Part shown: positions 1 to 9,445 of the stretch, piece after piece
How positions within the stretch are numbered: position 1 is the first letter of the stretch
How the letters are laid out: each line of letters begins with the position of its first letter
Notes under the pieces: generated by a model
Seen by the model: the letters and a program-made list of their open reading frames with translations, nothing else
The model's database searches: none
What the model was told of the DNA's origin: nothing
Origin: Methanobacteriota archaeon
GTDB taxonomy: Archaea; Thermoplasmatota; SW-10-69-26; JACQPN01
Reading direction: 5' to 3'
DNA: 64,000 nt
Assembly: GCA_016207515.1 (NCBI GenBank)
Contig: JACQPN010000002.1
Location: 12,350-76,349, forward strand
Program-made: the position numbers and the translations under genes

Positions 1-2
1 GG

Positions 3-791
3 TCAGCGCATCCCCTTGACGGTCCACGCCCGCGCGATGAGCGGAATTGTTCCGTCGGCTCTCGTGGGGAGCCGGTCGCGGATAAGTTCGCGGAGCTTCC
101 CGCGTCGCACCTCGTCTAGTCCCATGCAATAGCCGGGCGCAGGCGCCTGGCCTCCGAGAAAAGGCTTCCAGTAATCGTCGAAGTCCCGGAATACCGTGGG
201 TTGGTCGACGTGCGACGTCACGACGCCAAGCAGCCCAGCGCCTTCGAAGACGCTACGCAAGGCGCCGGGTTCGCAGATGGGGAATCGCACAGCCTCGTCG
301 AGCGTCCTTGCGTCCGCGTCGAGGTCGCAGGCGGCGTCCCAGAAATACCGCATGAGTTCCATCTTCCCCGCGTAGTCCCAGACGTAGGCCGCGACGGTGC
401 CGCCGGGCTTCACCACGCGCCGCATCTCGGAAACCGCCTTTCCTGGATCTGGGACGAAGTTCAACACGAGTCCAGAAACCGCGCCGTCCCACGAACCGTC
501 GGCGGGAAGGGCCCGCGCATCGCCGACTTTGAACTCGGCCCGCTGCTCGCCAGAGCCGAGGTGTCGCGTTGCGTGCTCCACATAGGCCTTCGAAGTGTCG
601 ATGCCGAGGACTTTCTCCGCGCCCGCTCTCAGGAGGGCTTCCGAGAGAGCTCCGGTGCCGCAACCTACGTCCATTACACGCCCACGACCCACGCCGGCCC
701 AGCCCAGGAATCTTGGCGCAAGGAGCCTGCTCCAGCGTCCGACGTACGGCTCGTAAGAATCGCCGCTCGTCCAGGGATCGGTCAAGTGCAC
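3..791 (-). CDS. class I SAM-dependent methyltransferase
   Basis: ORF 3..956 (minus) carries the Gly-rich SAM-binding motif VMDVGCGTG; stop TGA at 3-5; start placed at in-frame GTG (791) because the longer ORF would overlap spt5 by ~110 nt. Confidence 0.75.
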   Translation of the reverse strand: MHLTDPWTSGDSYEPYVGRWSRLLAPRFLGWAGVGRGRVMDVGCGTGALSEALLRAGAEKVLGIDTSKAYVEHATRHLGSGEQRAEFKVGDARALPADGSWDGAVSGLVLNFVPDPGKAVSEMRRVVKPGGTVAAYVWDYAGKMELMRYFWDAACDLDADARTLDEAVRFPICEPGALRSVFEGAGLLGVVTSHVDQPTVFRDFDDYWKPFLGGQAPAPGYCMGLDEVRRGKLRELIRDRLPTRADGTIPLIARAWTVKGMR

Positions 792-846
792 GGGCCGAAA
801 ACGTGAATCGGACGGATAAGCGTGATGGCGGCCGGTGGAACCCGCG

Positions 847-1341
847 CTACTTCGCTTCCTTCTTTTGCAAAACGCGCACGTTGTCCCCGCGCACCGTGAC
901 CGGGATAGGCACCATCGCTTCGAATAGCTCGACGGTGATCTCTTCCTTCCCTTCATCGATGCGCTGTACTCGCGCCTTCTCGCCCTTGAACGGCCCTTGG
1001 ACGAGTTCCACGATGTCGCCTTCCGCGATACCGGCGACCGACGGCTTCGGGGTGAGGAAATGCTCGATCTCCGTGAGCTTCGTCGCTCCTTCGATGAGGC
1101 CTCGGGCGTGCGGGACGCCTTTGATCATCTTCTCGAACCCCTCGCGGTCGTTGCATTCGACGAGGATGTAACCGCGTAGTTCTGCGGGAGCGAGGACCGC
1201 GAGGACAGGTATCCCTTGTTTGGTTGCTTTCGTCACGACCATCTGCGCGACCATCTTCTCCTGGTTGATGGTGGTCTTCAAAGCGTAGATGCCGGCTTGT
1301 TCGGCGGCGACGGTTGGGGAATCCTCGGGCATGTGAAGCAC
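847..1341 (-). CDS. spt5: transcription elongation factor Spt5 (NusG homolog, NGN + KOW domains)
   Basis: 164-aa protein with NGN-like N-terminus (GIYALKTT...ILVEC) and KOW motif ([18 protein letters not shown]). Confidence 0.88.
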   Translation of the reverse strand: MLHMPEDSPTVAAEQAGIYALKTTINQEKMVAQMVVTKATKQGIPVLAVLAPAELRGYILVECNDREGFEKMIKGVPHARGLIEGATKLTEIEHFLTPKPSVAGIAEGDIVELVQGPFKGEKARVQRIDEGKEEITVELFEAMVPIPVTVRGDNVRVLQKKEAK

Positions 1342-1434
1342 CTAAGAAGGGATGAAGCGCGGTAGGAGGGATTTTGTATTTATAGGTTCGGGGCGCGTGG
1401 CAACGTCTTAAGCGCCCGCAACCATGGGCGGGTC

Positions 1435-2343
1435 ATGGCCCGCGGCATCGATTCGATCGCAATGGCGAATCTTGAGCAGCACGTTTCCACCGGATTGCCG
1501 ATGGTGAGGAGCGTCCTGGTCTCGTGCGGCGGTTCGCTCACGTATGAGAAGTACTTCGGCCATGGAAGGGCCGACGAACGCGTGAACGTCTGGAGCTGTA
1601 CCAAGAGCTTCGTCTCGATGCTCGTCGGGATCTTGATCAAGGACGGCGCCTTTCCGGCACTTTCAGATCCCGTGGCCAAGATCCTTCCGGATGTTGCCAA
1701 GAAGTCCCACAAGTCGTTTCGCGCGATCACTGTGCGCGACGTGCTTACCATGAGGATGGGTTACGACCTCGAGTTCGGCGACTACGACGTTCTCGGTACC
1801 ATCGGTTCACCGCCCACGACCGCTCCCGGGACCGCGTTTTGCTACAACGACGTCGGCCCGCACATCATCAGCATGATGATCTCCGAGGTCACGGGGAAGA
1901 CCGCCAGCGAATTCGCCGATGAGACGATATTCAAGGAATCGGGGATCGTCGATCCGCCGTGGACTCGCGCGCGCGACGGTCATAGCATCGGCGGCTATGG
2001 GCTTCTCCTCACGCCGCGCGAGATGTTGGGGTTCGGCGGGTTCGCCCTCGCGCGGGGACGCGCGAACGGGAAACAACTCGTCGACGACGCGTTCTTCGAG
2101 GAATCCATCTCGCCGCAAAGCGATGGCGGTTTTCCGGGCGGGAACAGATATGGTTACTTCTGGTGGGTGAGCGACCGTGGAGGGACGCGCACACACTACG
2201 CGTTAGGCTTCGGGGGCCAACTCATCTGTGTCGCACCCGAGAAACAACTCGTGGCCGTCGTCACGTGCACGGACGATTTGGGTGCGGACATCGGTCCAGT
2301 CCAGGACATCTATTTCGACCGCATCCTTCCCGCATGTGAATGA
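1435..2343 (+). CDS. serine hydrolase, beta-lactamase/penicillin-binding-protein-like family
   Basis: 302 aa; S-x-x-K active-site motif (SCTKSF) near N-terminus; TATA-like ttgtatttatagg ~50 nt upstream. Confidence 0.8.
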   Translation: MARGIDSIAMANLEQHVSTGLPMVRSVLVSCGGSLTYEKYFGHGRADERVNVWSCTKSFVSMLVGILIKDGAFPALSDPVAKILPDVAKKSHKSFRAITVRDVLTMRMGYDLEFGDYDVLGTIGSPPTTAPGTAFCYNDVGPHIISMMISEVTGKTASEFADETIFKESGIVDPPWTRARDGHSIGGYGLLLTPREMLGFGGFALARGRANGKQLVDDAFFEESISPQSDGGFPGGNRYGYFWWVSDRGGTRTHYALGFGGQLICVAPEKQLVAVVTCTDDLGADIGPVQDIYFDRILPACE

Positions 2344-2416
2344 CCCCTTCGCGGCACGCCCTGTTGGAATTTGCGGCCGCCGCCCATATATACGCGCGAT
2401 GCCCGTTCCCGGCCGC

Positions 2417-2866
2417 ATGGACCGCACGCGCGTCGGATTCGCCATCGTCGGAGTCGCGCCGCTCCTCTGGGTCGCCGTGAACGTGATGCGAGGCGCTTTC
2501 GAGACGCGTCTCATGCTGGCGCTCCTCATCGGCGCGGTCGGTGCCTTCGTTGCGGCTTGGCGCCATCCCGAGAGACCGACCGTGGCCGCCGCGGGCCTTG
2601 GCGCCGTGGCGCTTAGCATCCTCCTCTTCTACGATCGGGGGATTTTCCTGACCGGCATCGCCTCCGTCGCTGGAGGTCTAGTGGCCGTCGGCGCCGCCGT
2701 GACGGCGGTCGGGCTAGCGCGCTCCACGCGTAGGTTACGACTTGGCGGCGCCGTCGTGGCCGCGTTCGGCGCCCTCGTGTGGATTGCGACGGACGACCTC
2801 GCGTGGCAGCCTGGTAACGTCGCGGCGGCCATAGGATGGATCGTGGTGGCGGCTGAAGCGCGATGA
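2417..2866 (+). CDS. hypothetical integral membrane protein (4 predicted TM helices)
   Basis: Hydrophobic ORF in frame of 2228..2866; TATA-like catatatac at 2385-2393 sits ~28 nt upstream of ATG 2417, suggesting a leaderless start (ATG 2399 also possible). Confidence 0.5.
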   Translation: MDRTRVGFAIVGVAPLLWVAVNVMRGAFETRLMLALLIGAVGAFVAAWRHPERPTVAAAGLGAVALSILLFYDRGIFLTGIASVAGGLVAVGAAVTAVGLARSTRRLRLGGAVVAAFGALVWIATDDLAWQPGNVAAAIGWIVVAAEAR

Positions 2867-2978
2867 GCTTTTTCCAAGGCGATCCGCACCCGGGCCGTTC
2901 GACGAGTGCGCAGTGCAGCAGTTTCGTCAACGTCTTCCCAGAAACCCTTATTACTCCTGCCGCCTCCTGTAGACCGAG

Positions 2979-3221
2979 ATGAAGCGCCGTTTCACGGTCG
3001 TGATTGAAAAAGATCCGGGCGGCGGCTATGTGGCCTCCGTCGCGGAACTTCCTGGTTGCCATACCCAGGGCGACACGCTCAAAGAACTCCGCGCCAACGT
3101 GAAAGAGGCGATAGAATTGTATCTTGAGAACGAGGACCTCGATGCGAAATTCCCCGAATTCGTGGGGATCGAGCGCGTCGCCGTAGCCGGCATCGACCGG
3201 CGAGGACGAAGCGCACGCTAG
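2979..3221 (+). CDS. HicB-like antitoxin / UPF0150 family protein
   Basis: 80 aa; FTVVIEKDPGGGYVASVAELPGCHTQGDTLKEL...EAIELYLE matches the HicB/UPF0150 RNase H-like fold signature. Confidence 0.7.
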   Translation: MKRRFTVVIEKDPGGGYVASVAELPGCHTQGDTLKELRANVKEAIELYLENEDLDAKFPEFVGIERVAVAGIDRRGRSAR

Positions 3222-3454
3222 TGCGCGTCGAGGTCACGGTGTGAGTGGGTTACGACCTCTACCGGCTCGTAGGGTTCTCCGAGTTCTTTCGGCCCTCGGC
3301 TTCGTCGAAATTGGTCCGCCGGCAGCCACATCAACTTGAGGCCGCCCTGCGGCCGGATGGTAGTGGTAGCGCCGTAAACGCGACCGACGTCAAGGGTTGA
3401 TCCAGGTCTCCCAATGGTCATCCGTATCTGTTCACCGGCGTTCCGGTAACTAGA

Positions 3455-5107
3455 TCACGGACACTTCACAAATGGGAAAAGTTCTCTCGACGAAGCAGGC
3501 ATGCCGGGTTCGCCACATGCATCGTTTGAGGCCTCGCTAAGGCCCACCACGTTTCTAGCCCTTACATGGTGGTAGAATACGTTATCTGGCGTAAATGTAA
3601 GATCAAAGGAAATGGCTCCGGCGTTGCTATTGGTTGCTATCAGGCTCGTGTTGTACGTTGTTATGGAAGGCCCAACGCTCCCGATGAGGATCTCATTTCC
3701 GTCACCTCCGATTCGATAAATCCGGTAGCCCAGGAGACCCACGCCTCCCGTGGCATTTGGGGCCGCCCAGGATAGGGTGATTTGAGAAATGCTTGTCGAC
3801 GCCAAGGCTGGCCCTTGTCCAAATGCGACGGGCGTTGCCGTCAAGTTCCATGGTTCTGAGGGCCGAACTGGTGCGACACCGTGGACCGTGGTTCCTGGCC
3901 CTGTCCCCTCCAAAGTGACCGCTCGCACCTCATAGTAATTCGACTCGCCATCGCCCAAATCCTTGTCGCGGTAGGACAACGTGGTGCCGATATCCGCGAG
4001 AAGCGTCATCGCGTCCGGCGAGGAGCCTCGAAAGATGTGGTAGCCGGTGATTGCATGATTGTGACGGAGGGGCTCCTGCCAGGAGAGACTGACTTCCCCT
4101 CGACCAGAGCCTGTTTTCGCAGACAGATTTCCCACGGGATCCAAAGCCTGGTTTGCGGGATCGTACACAACGATATCCCTCAGGCGTTGGTACGCGTCGT
4201 TCCCACCAATTACATATGCGACGCCGTCGCCCCAAACCGCGCTCGTTAGGTCCACGGCGCGTGGCAAACGATCATTCGTCAAGCTGACGAGTCCGGTACT
4301 TGGATCGAACCGCAACACGTCCCACAAATGTGACCCTGTGCCATTCCCTCCGAAAACCAATGCCTCCGTTCCCGTCCACACGCCGCTAATGTGCCGGCGA
4401 CCAGAGGGAAGGTGGCTCGACAAACGTTCAACAGCGCCACTCGATGGTTCGAACCTGATGATTGTTGCCACGGGCCCAATCGCGTCTTGGCCGCCAAGCA
4501 TGTACGCGTATTGACCGTCCCAAACCGTTGCTCCGAAATCGTTCCCCTCGGGCAAGGTTGACGAGAGTGTGACGACCGTGCTGGTATCCGGGTCGTACCT
4601 CAGTATCGTAGGTTGCGGAACTCCGCCAACGTGGCCACCTAGGAGGTAGATGTATTGCCCATCCCAAAAAGCGCCCGCGCCGTAGGTCCGATTAGGAAGG
4701 CGAATGGGCACGAGAGTCAGAGAATCGGTCACTGGGTCGTACTGGAATATCTCGTCAAGAGGTCGGCCAAGCGTGGGCCCGTAGCCGCCAAGCACGAAGA
4801 TTTTTGAACCAGCGGTCACCACTGCAGGATACTCTATGCTGAATGGCAAATTGGTGGCCGTTGCACTCAAGCACCCGGGCGGCTCGAAATACCATATTCG
4901 CTGCATGATGCCACCGAAAACGTACGCGCGGCCGTCGAACCAAGCGGCCCCCGTTGCATCGTTCGGTAGCGGTAATTGGCATTCAGACAGAACCGTCGAG
5001 TCCGCTTTGCCGGTGGGCACAATCGCAAACGCGGCCTGGGCCACGACTATTACGACTATCCAAGTCGCTTGACGCATCCGTTTGGATTTCAAAGACGCCC
5101 CCTTCAC
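3455..5107 (-). CDS. secreted Kelch-repeat beta-propeller protein with two fibronectin type III-like domains
   Basis: 550 aa; N-terminal signal-like hydrophobic segment; repeated Kelch-like blades (..VFGG.., ..LLGG.., ..MLGG.., ..VIGG..) followed by two FN3-like segments. Confidence 0.78.
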   Translation of the reverse strand: MKGASLKSKRMRQATWIVVIVVAQAAFAIVPTGKADSTVLSECQLPLPNDATGAAWFDGRAYVFGGIMQRIWYFEPPGCLSATATNLPFSIEYPAVVTAGSKIFVLGGYGPTLGRPLDEIFQYDPVTDSLTLVPIRLPNRTYGAGAFWDGQYIYLLGGHVGGVPQPTILRYDPDTSTVVTLSSTLPEGNDFGATVWDGQYAYMLGGQDAIGPVATIIRFEPSSGAVERLSSHLPSGRRHISGVWTGTEALVFGGNGTGSHLWDVLRFDPSTGLVSLTNDRLPRAVDLTSAVWGDGVAYVIGGNDAYQRLRDIVVYDPANQALDPVGNLSAKTGSGRGEVSLSWQEPLRHNHAITGYHIFRGSSPDAMTLLADIGTTLSYRDKDLGDGESNYYEVRAVTLEGTGPGTTVHGVAPVRPSEPWNLTATPVAFGQGPALASTSISQITLSWAAPNATGGVGLLGYRIYRIGGDGNEILIGSVGPSITTYNTSLIATNSNAGAISFDLTFTPDNVFYHHVRARNVVGLSEASNDACGEPGMPASSRELFPFVKCP

Positions 5108-5265
5108 AGCCCCAGAAGGAGTCGGCGAGTAGGTAGATAAGCATTATGGCCCGGAATGGACGTCCATCGGACGCCTTACTATAGGCTTTCCGTGCGCGAC
5201 GTTCTCAGGGGAAGGCGCGTTCCGGTGCGGAACCGTCTTTGCCTAGGAGCTTCGTAAATCGTCTG

Positions 5266-6423
5266 ATGCCCCGCGTCGCCGTCGTCGGAGCCGGCCATTC
5301 AGTTTTCGGCGACCGTAACCTTACTCTCCGCCAGCTTTTCCACGAGGCCTTCACCGAACTCGCCTCCAATGTCGATCGCAACTTCGACGCGCGAGACATC
5401 GAGGAGGCATACATCGGTTCCCTCGGGTTCGGCGGCGGCCAACTGGGAAACCTCGGCCCCTTCGTCACCGAGACCTCCGTGTCGCCTTCTATTCCCTGTC
5501 GCCGCGTCGAGAACGCGTGTGCCTCCTCGGGCTATGCGTTTCGCGATGCCGTCCTTGCGGTGAAGTCCGGGGAACGCGACCTCGTCCTCGCGGGAGGTAT
5601 CGAACGGATGAACGACCTCTCGCCGATCCACAAGCGTTTCTGGCTCGGGGTCTCCGGCGACACCGAATGGGAACGCACGGCAGGCCTCACGTTCGCCGGA
5701 GTCTACGCGTTGATGGCCGAGCGCCACATGATCGAGTACGGGACGACACGGGAAGCGCTCGCGGCCGTCGCCGTGAAGAACCACGCGAACGGCGCCAGAA
5801 ACCCGAAAGCGCAGTTCAGGAAGGAGATAACGATGGAGAAAGCGCTCCAATCGGCGGAGGTCGCCTCGCCGCTCCATCTTTTCGACTGTTGCTCCACGAC
5901 GGACGGGGCGACCGCCGTCCTCGTCGCATCCGAGGAAGTGGCGCGCGAATTGACGGACACGCCCATTTGGGTCACGGGTTCCGGAGCGAGTTCGGATCAT
6001 CTGGCGCTCATGTCGCGTAAGTCCTTGACACGTCTCGACGCGACGGCCCGCGCAGCTCGAGACGCGTTCGCGCAGGCGGGGCACACGGAAAGCGATGTGG
6101 ACGTGGCCGAGGTCCATGACTGCTTCACAATCGCGGAAGTGATGGCCGTCGAGGACCTTGGCTTCGTCGCCAAAGGCGAAGGCGGGCGCTTCGCCCTCGA
6201 AGGCCGGGGAAGAATAGGCGGCCGGCCGACGATCAATCCAGGTGGCGGCCTCAAGGCGAAGGGCCATCCGCTCGGCGCGACCGGCACCGGCCAGGTGTAC
6301 GAGGTGTGGAAGCAGCTACGGGGCCAAGCGGGAGAACGGCAGGTGGAGAATGCCGAGGTCGGTCTTACGCACAACGTCGGCGGCTCCGGCGCGAGCGCCG
6401 CGGTCCATGTCCTGGAGCGCTGA
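5266..6423 (+). CDS. thiolase (acetyl-CoA C-acetyltransferase, archaeal type)
   Basis: N-terminal MPRVAVVGAGHSVFG, active-site Cys context (ENACASSG), C-terminal GHPLGATG and NVGGSGAS motifs typical of the thiolase fold. Confidence 0.9.
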   Translation: MPRVAVVGAGHSVFGDRNLTLRQLFHEAFTELASNVDRNFDARDIEEAYIGSLGFGGGQLGNLGPFVTETSVSPSIPCRRVENACASSGYAFRDAVLAVKSGERDLVLAGGIERMNDLSPIHKRFWLGVSGDTEWERTAGLTFAGVYALMAERHMIEYGTTREALAAVAVKNHANGARNPKAQFRKEITMEKALQSAEVASPLHLFDCCSTTDGATAVLVASEEVARELTDTPIWVTGSGASSDHLALMSRKSLTRLDATARAARDAFAQAGHTESDVDVAEVHDCFTIAEVMAVEDLGFVAKGEGGRFALEGRGRIGGRPTINPGGGLKAKGHPLGATGTGQVYEVWKQLRGQAGERQVENAEVGLTHNVGGSGASAAVHVLER

Positions 6424-6425
6424 AG

Positions 6426-7613
6426 ATGGCGGGGGTCGCGTCGTTCGGCATCGCGTATCCTTCCTTCGAGGTACACGTAGATGAGAAGAGGCGCGGCAAG
6501 ACGCGACGGTCCGCCTTGCGGCGGCTCGTGACCGCGTTCGACGAAGACGAGAACACGCTCGCCGTCGACGCGGTCCGCGCGGTGCTGGCCCACACGCGGC
6601 TCTCACCGCGCGAAATGGCCTGCGTGTTCGTGGCATCGACCGCTCGCAAGCCGCGCCCGAGCGCCTTCGGCGAAGCGTTCTCGGAGACCACCGTCCTCGA
6701 TGTCCTCGAACTCACCGGCGTTCCCGTCGTGAGGTTTCCGGACACGCCAATCGGCGCGGCCAAGACGCTGCTTGCGGCGGCGACTCGATCTGGGGACGAA
6801 GACAGACCGATGCTCGTCTTGGCGACCCATGACGCGTCTCGATCGCTTTCCGGCGGCGCTTTGGCGGCCGCGGCCATAGTCACACGGACGGGAACCTGCG
6901 ATCTTTCCCTGCCGACCGGTTTCAAGGGGAGATCGGTCTCTCGCGCACTCGGCGTGGTCGACATGGGGGCAGCGGGCTTCATCGCCGAACTCATGGATGC
7001 TGTCGCCGCGGTCCGAAGCGATCGGTTCACGCTCGCCCCTTCAGGCTCTAAGCGTCCCGTCTTGGGGGTCGGACGGGCCGCAGATGTGCCGGGTGCTTTC
7101 CGCTTCGAGCCCAAGACGACGCCGATCCCGCAGGAGTCCTTCGACCGGTTGCGGGCAATAGGTGTGGAGACCGGGCACATCCACGACAAACCCATGGGGG
7201 CTTTCGTGTCTCAGGCCACGTGGCTTGCCGGCTCCCGGGCCCGCTACCATTTGGAAGGCGCGGTGTGCGGTTCATGCAAGGCCGTGAACTTCCCGCCCAA
7301 CGAGACTTGCAACGAGTGCGGCGCCGGACAGATGGTGACGCTTCGCCTTTCGGGGCGCGGCACGACATACTCGCTCACGAGGATCGGCCGGGGCGGGGCG
7401 CCCGCCGAGTTCGCGATGCAGGAGGCGCTTTCCGGGCCGTATTGGGTGGCGATCGTGGAACTCGACGAAGGGCCGAAGGTCGTTTCACAACTTGCCTGCG
7501 GGTTTGGCGGCGAGCCCACGGTGGGGACAAGAGTCCAGGCGGCTTTCAGGCGCATCTACAAGCAGGACGGGTCTTCGCGATATGGCCTCAAGTTCGTGCC
7601 AAGCGTGCCTTGA
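6426..7613 (+). CDS. DUF35-type Zn-ribbon/OB-fold protein with a long condensing-enzyme-like N-terminal extension
   Basis: ATG 3 nt after thiolase stop; C-terminal CGSC...(FPP)...CNEC zinc ribbon followed by OB-fold-like segment; N-terminal ~260 aa resembles a thiolase-fold enzyme but no catalytic Cys is evident. Confidence 0.75.
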   Translation: MAGVASFGIAYPSFEVHVDEKRRGKTRRSALRRLVTAFDEDENTLAVDAVRAVLAHTRLSPREMACVFVASTARKPRPSAFGEAFSETTVLDVLELTGVPVVRFPDTPIGAAKTLLAAATRSGDEDRPMLVLATHDASRSLSGGALAAAAIVTRTGTCDLSLPTGFKGRSVSRALGVVDMGAAGFIAELMDAVAAVRSDRFTLAPSGSKRPVLGVGRAADVPGAFRFEPKTTPIPQESFDRLRAIGVETGHIHDKPMGAFVSQATWLAGSRARYHLEGAVCGSCKAVNFPPNETCNECGAGQMVTLRLSGRGTTYSLTRIGRGGAPAEFAMQEALSGPYWVAIVELDEGPKVVSQLACGFGGEPTVGTRVQAAFRRIYKQDGSSRYGLKFVPSVP

Positions 7614-7899
7614 GCGTTTTGTGCGTCAGGCCCATTGGTCCGACCAGGTCTAAAGCAGACGTTTTGAGAAAGGTCTTTCCACCGCGCGCCCCCTCGGCGC
7701 CTCCGTGGCGCAATGGCTATGGGCGGCCCTTCTCGTTTTCTTGATGGTCGCGCGGCCGGCTGGCCGGGCCCGAAAAGCGCGCGTACCGCCACGCAAGACG
7801 GTGAAGACCAAGCCGAGAAGGGCGAAGCGCGCCGCGTCCTCCCTCGTCCGGGGCGGGCATCGTGTCGTGGGCCCTAGGCGTGCCGGTGTCGCCCCACCG

Positions 7900-8403
7900 A
7901 TGAGCACCGACGACGATAGAGGGACGTCGGCGAAGCGCGGAACGCCACCAAGCGTCGAACGCAAGAATGCGGTGGACGAGGCGAAGCGGATCCGTGTGCC
8001 CGGACACCAGGCGGGCGAGGATGCCGCGGGTGAGCCGAGGCGGATCCGCGTGCCAGAAGCGATCCTTCGCAAGATGTACGTGGAGGGAAGCCTCGCGAAC
8101 GCCAGGCAATCCGTCGTCTTCAGTCTACGGAACCAGTTCTCGACGGCAACGATCGTTTCGTTCCCGCAGCTCTTGATCGATGGCGCGAGAGTCGCCGTTG
8201 CACGACTCTGCGTGAAGGTCGCGGCCAAATCGACGCTCGCGAAATCCGTCCGCGACTCGCAGCCGTTCGTCTTCGCCAAGAACGATGAGGCTGTCTTCTT
8301 GGTCGATACAAAGCGCCTCGCGGCGGGCGTACACTCCGTACAATTGACGGCGGACACGCGTGAGTGGGGGCGGCTTGTCGTGGAGTTCGAAGCGAGTATT
8401 TGA
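7900..8403 (+). CDS. hypothetical protein
   Basis: ORF 7705..8403; more protein-like than the overlapping antisense ORF 7650..8357 (Ser/Thr/Arg-rich); start uncertain (ATG 7900 chosen); contains an internal direct repeat (RIRVPGHQ / RIRVPEA). Confidence 0.4.
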   Translation: MSTDDDRGTSAKRGTPPSVERKNAVDEAKRIRVPGHQAGEDAAGEPRRIRVPEAILRKMYVEGSLANARQSVVFSLRNQFSTATIVSFPQLLIDGARVAVARLCVKVAAKSTLAKSVRDSQPFVFAKNDEAVFLVDTKRLAAGVHSVQLTADTREWGRLVVEFEASI

Positions 8404-8559
8404 CGGTCTGCGGCTGGCGACCGATAAGGGAGGGCGGATCCGAGGATGGCCGGGTTTACCAGTGCTTTTTCCTGAGCCCGCGCCCTCGAAGCGGTTTTCG
8501 TAGTAAGTAGACAATGCTCAAGACTCCCGGGATGCAGACAGGTACACGCGAGGGTTGCC

Positions 8560-8769
8560 TTGTATCCGCCACCACGGTGCGCCGTCTGCCGAAGGCCGAT
8601 CCTGGAGGGTAGAAGAACCGATTATTTCGGGGTAGGGACACCGCCGCCAAACGCGCGGCACGTCCACGTTCCCGACCAACACCCCCTCGCGCTCCTCCTT
8701 TGCCACGGTTGCGCTTCATTGGCTCGTTCGAGGGTAGAAACGGGACCGTCGTCGTTCGGCCTGGCGTGA
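8560..8769 (+). CDS. small zinc-ribbon protein (CxxC...CxxC), paralog 1
   Basis: 69 aa, TTG start; CAVC...CHGC; shares CxxCxxP[IV]LxGxxxDYF N-terminus with the ORF at 8979. Confidence 0.45.
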   Translation: MYPPPRCAVCRRPILEGRRTDYFGVGTPPPNARHVHVPDQHPLALLLCHGCASLARSRVETGPSSFGLA

Positions 8770-8978
8770 TCACGGGCTCCGTTTTGCCTCGCGTGATGAA
8801 GCCCCGGACTCATGGTTTCGGCGGCGCGCAATCGTACTAGGGGCCGATCCGGCGCATTCACACGCGGGTCGGCATCAGGGCGGCTCGCCCGCGAACACGG
8901 TGGCGACCTTTTCTTAAACATACCGGCAAACGTTAATCACCGCCCCTAGACGACCATCACCCGTCAGAAGGGCGAAGC

Positions 8979-9221
8979 GTGTCAGCGTCCCCAACGTGTC
9001 GAGAGTGCGGCAAGCCAGTGCTTGGCGGAAAGCACGCGGACTACTTCAGTCCCCCAGAGAACACGGGGTGGCTTGGAGAAGCGGAGACCACCGTCGATCA
9101 CGACCGGCGGATCCTGTTGGCCACCGACACTACGAAGCCGGATCCGAGGCTTTGCTTCGATTGCAAGGCCTTGCGGGAGCGTGCTCGCATCGCCGACTTG
9201 GGACGCTTGGCCCGTTCGTAG
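8979..9221 (+). CDS. small zinc-ribbon protein (CxxC...CxxC), paralog 2
   Basis: 80 aa, GTG start; CRECGKPVLGGKHADYF ... CFDC; paralogous to the ORF at 8560. Confidence 0.5.
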   Translation: MSASPTCRECGKPVLGGKHADYFSPPENTGWLGEAETTVDHDRRILLATDTTKPDPRLCFDCKALRERARIADLGRLARS

Positions 9222-9445
9222 ACGGCATCCCACACGGGCGGTTTGTGACCCTTCGCCCCTTCGTTCGATCATTGCTTTGTCGGCGGTCGCCGGCATCCGG
9301 CGCGCGCTGGCGCTCACCGTTTCCTGCCCGTCGACGCGGGCGAGAGGTCCGGCGGCATCGCGACGCGTCGTCTTGTCTTTAGCTTGGCAGCGGGCGCGCC
9401 GGCGCTATGTTCATTAACGATTAGCCGCTTGGCGAAGCGACGCCC

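Noticed and set aside
253-663. Arg-rich ORFs (253..663 minus, 201..806 plus, 569..1171 plus) overlapping the methyltransferase and spt5 genes
   Set aside because: Low-complexity Arg/Ala/Pro-rich translations typical of off-frame or antisense reading in high-G+C DNA; they overlap confidently assigned genes.
3218-3421. Minus-strand 67-aa ORF considered as a HicA partner for the HicB-like gene
   Set aside because: Wrong orientation and no HicA-like sequence pattern; composition looks non-coding.
5299-6267. 322-aa minus-strand ORF antisense to the thiolase gene
   Set aside because: Arg/Gly-rich composition, no motifs; the plus-strand frame carries clear thiolase signatures.
6365-7195. 276-aa minus-strand ORF antisense to the DUF35-type gene
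   Set aside because: Ser/Thr/Ala/Arg-rich antisense-type composition; fully overlaps a better-supported plus-strand gene.
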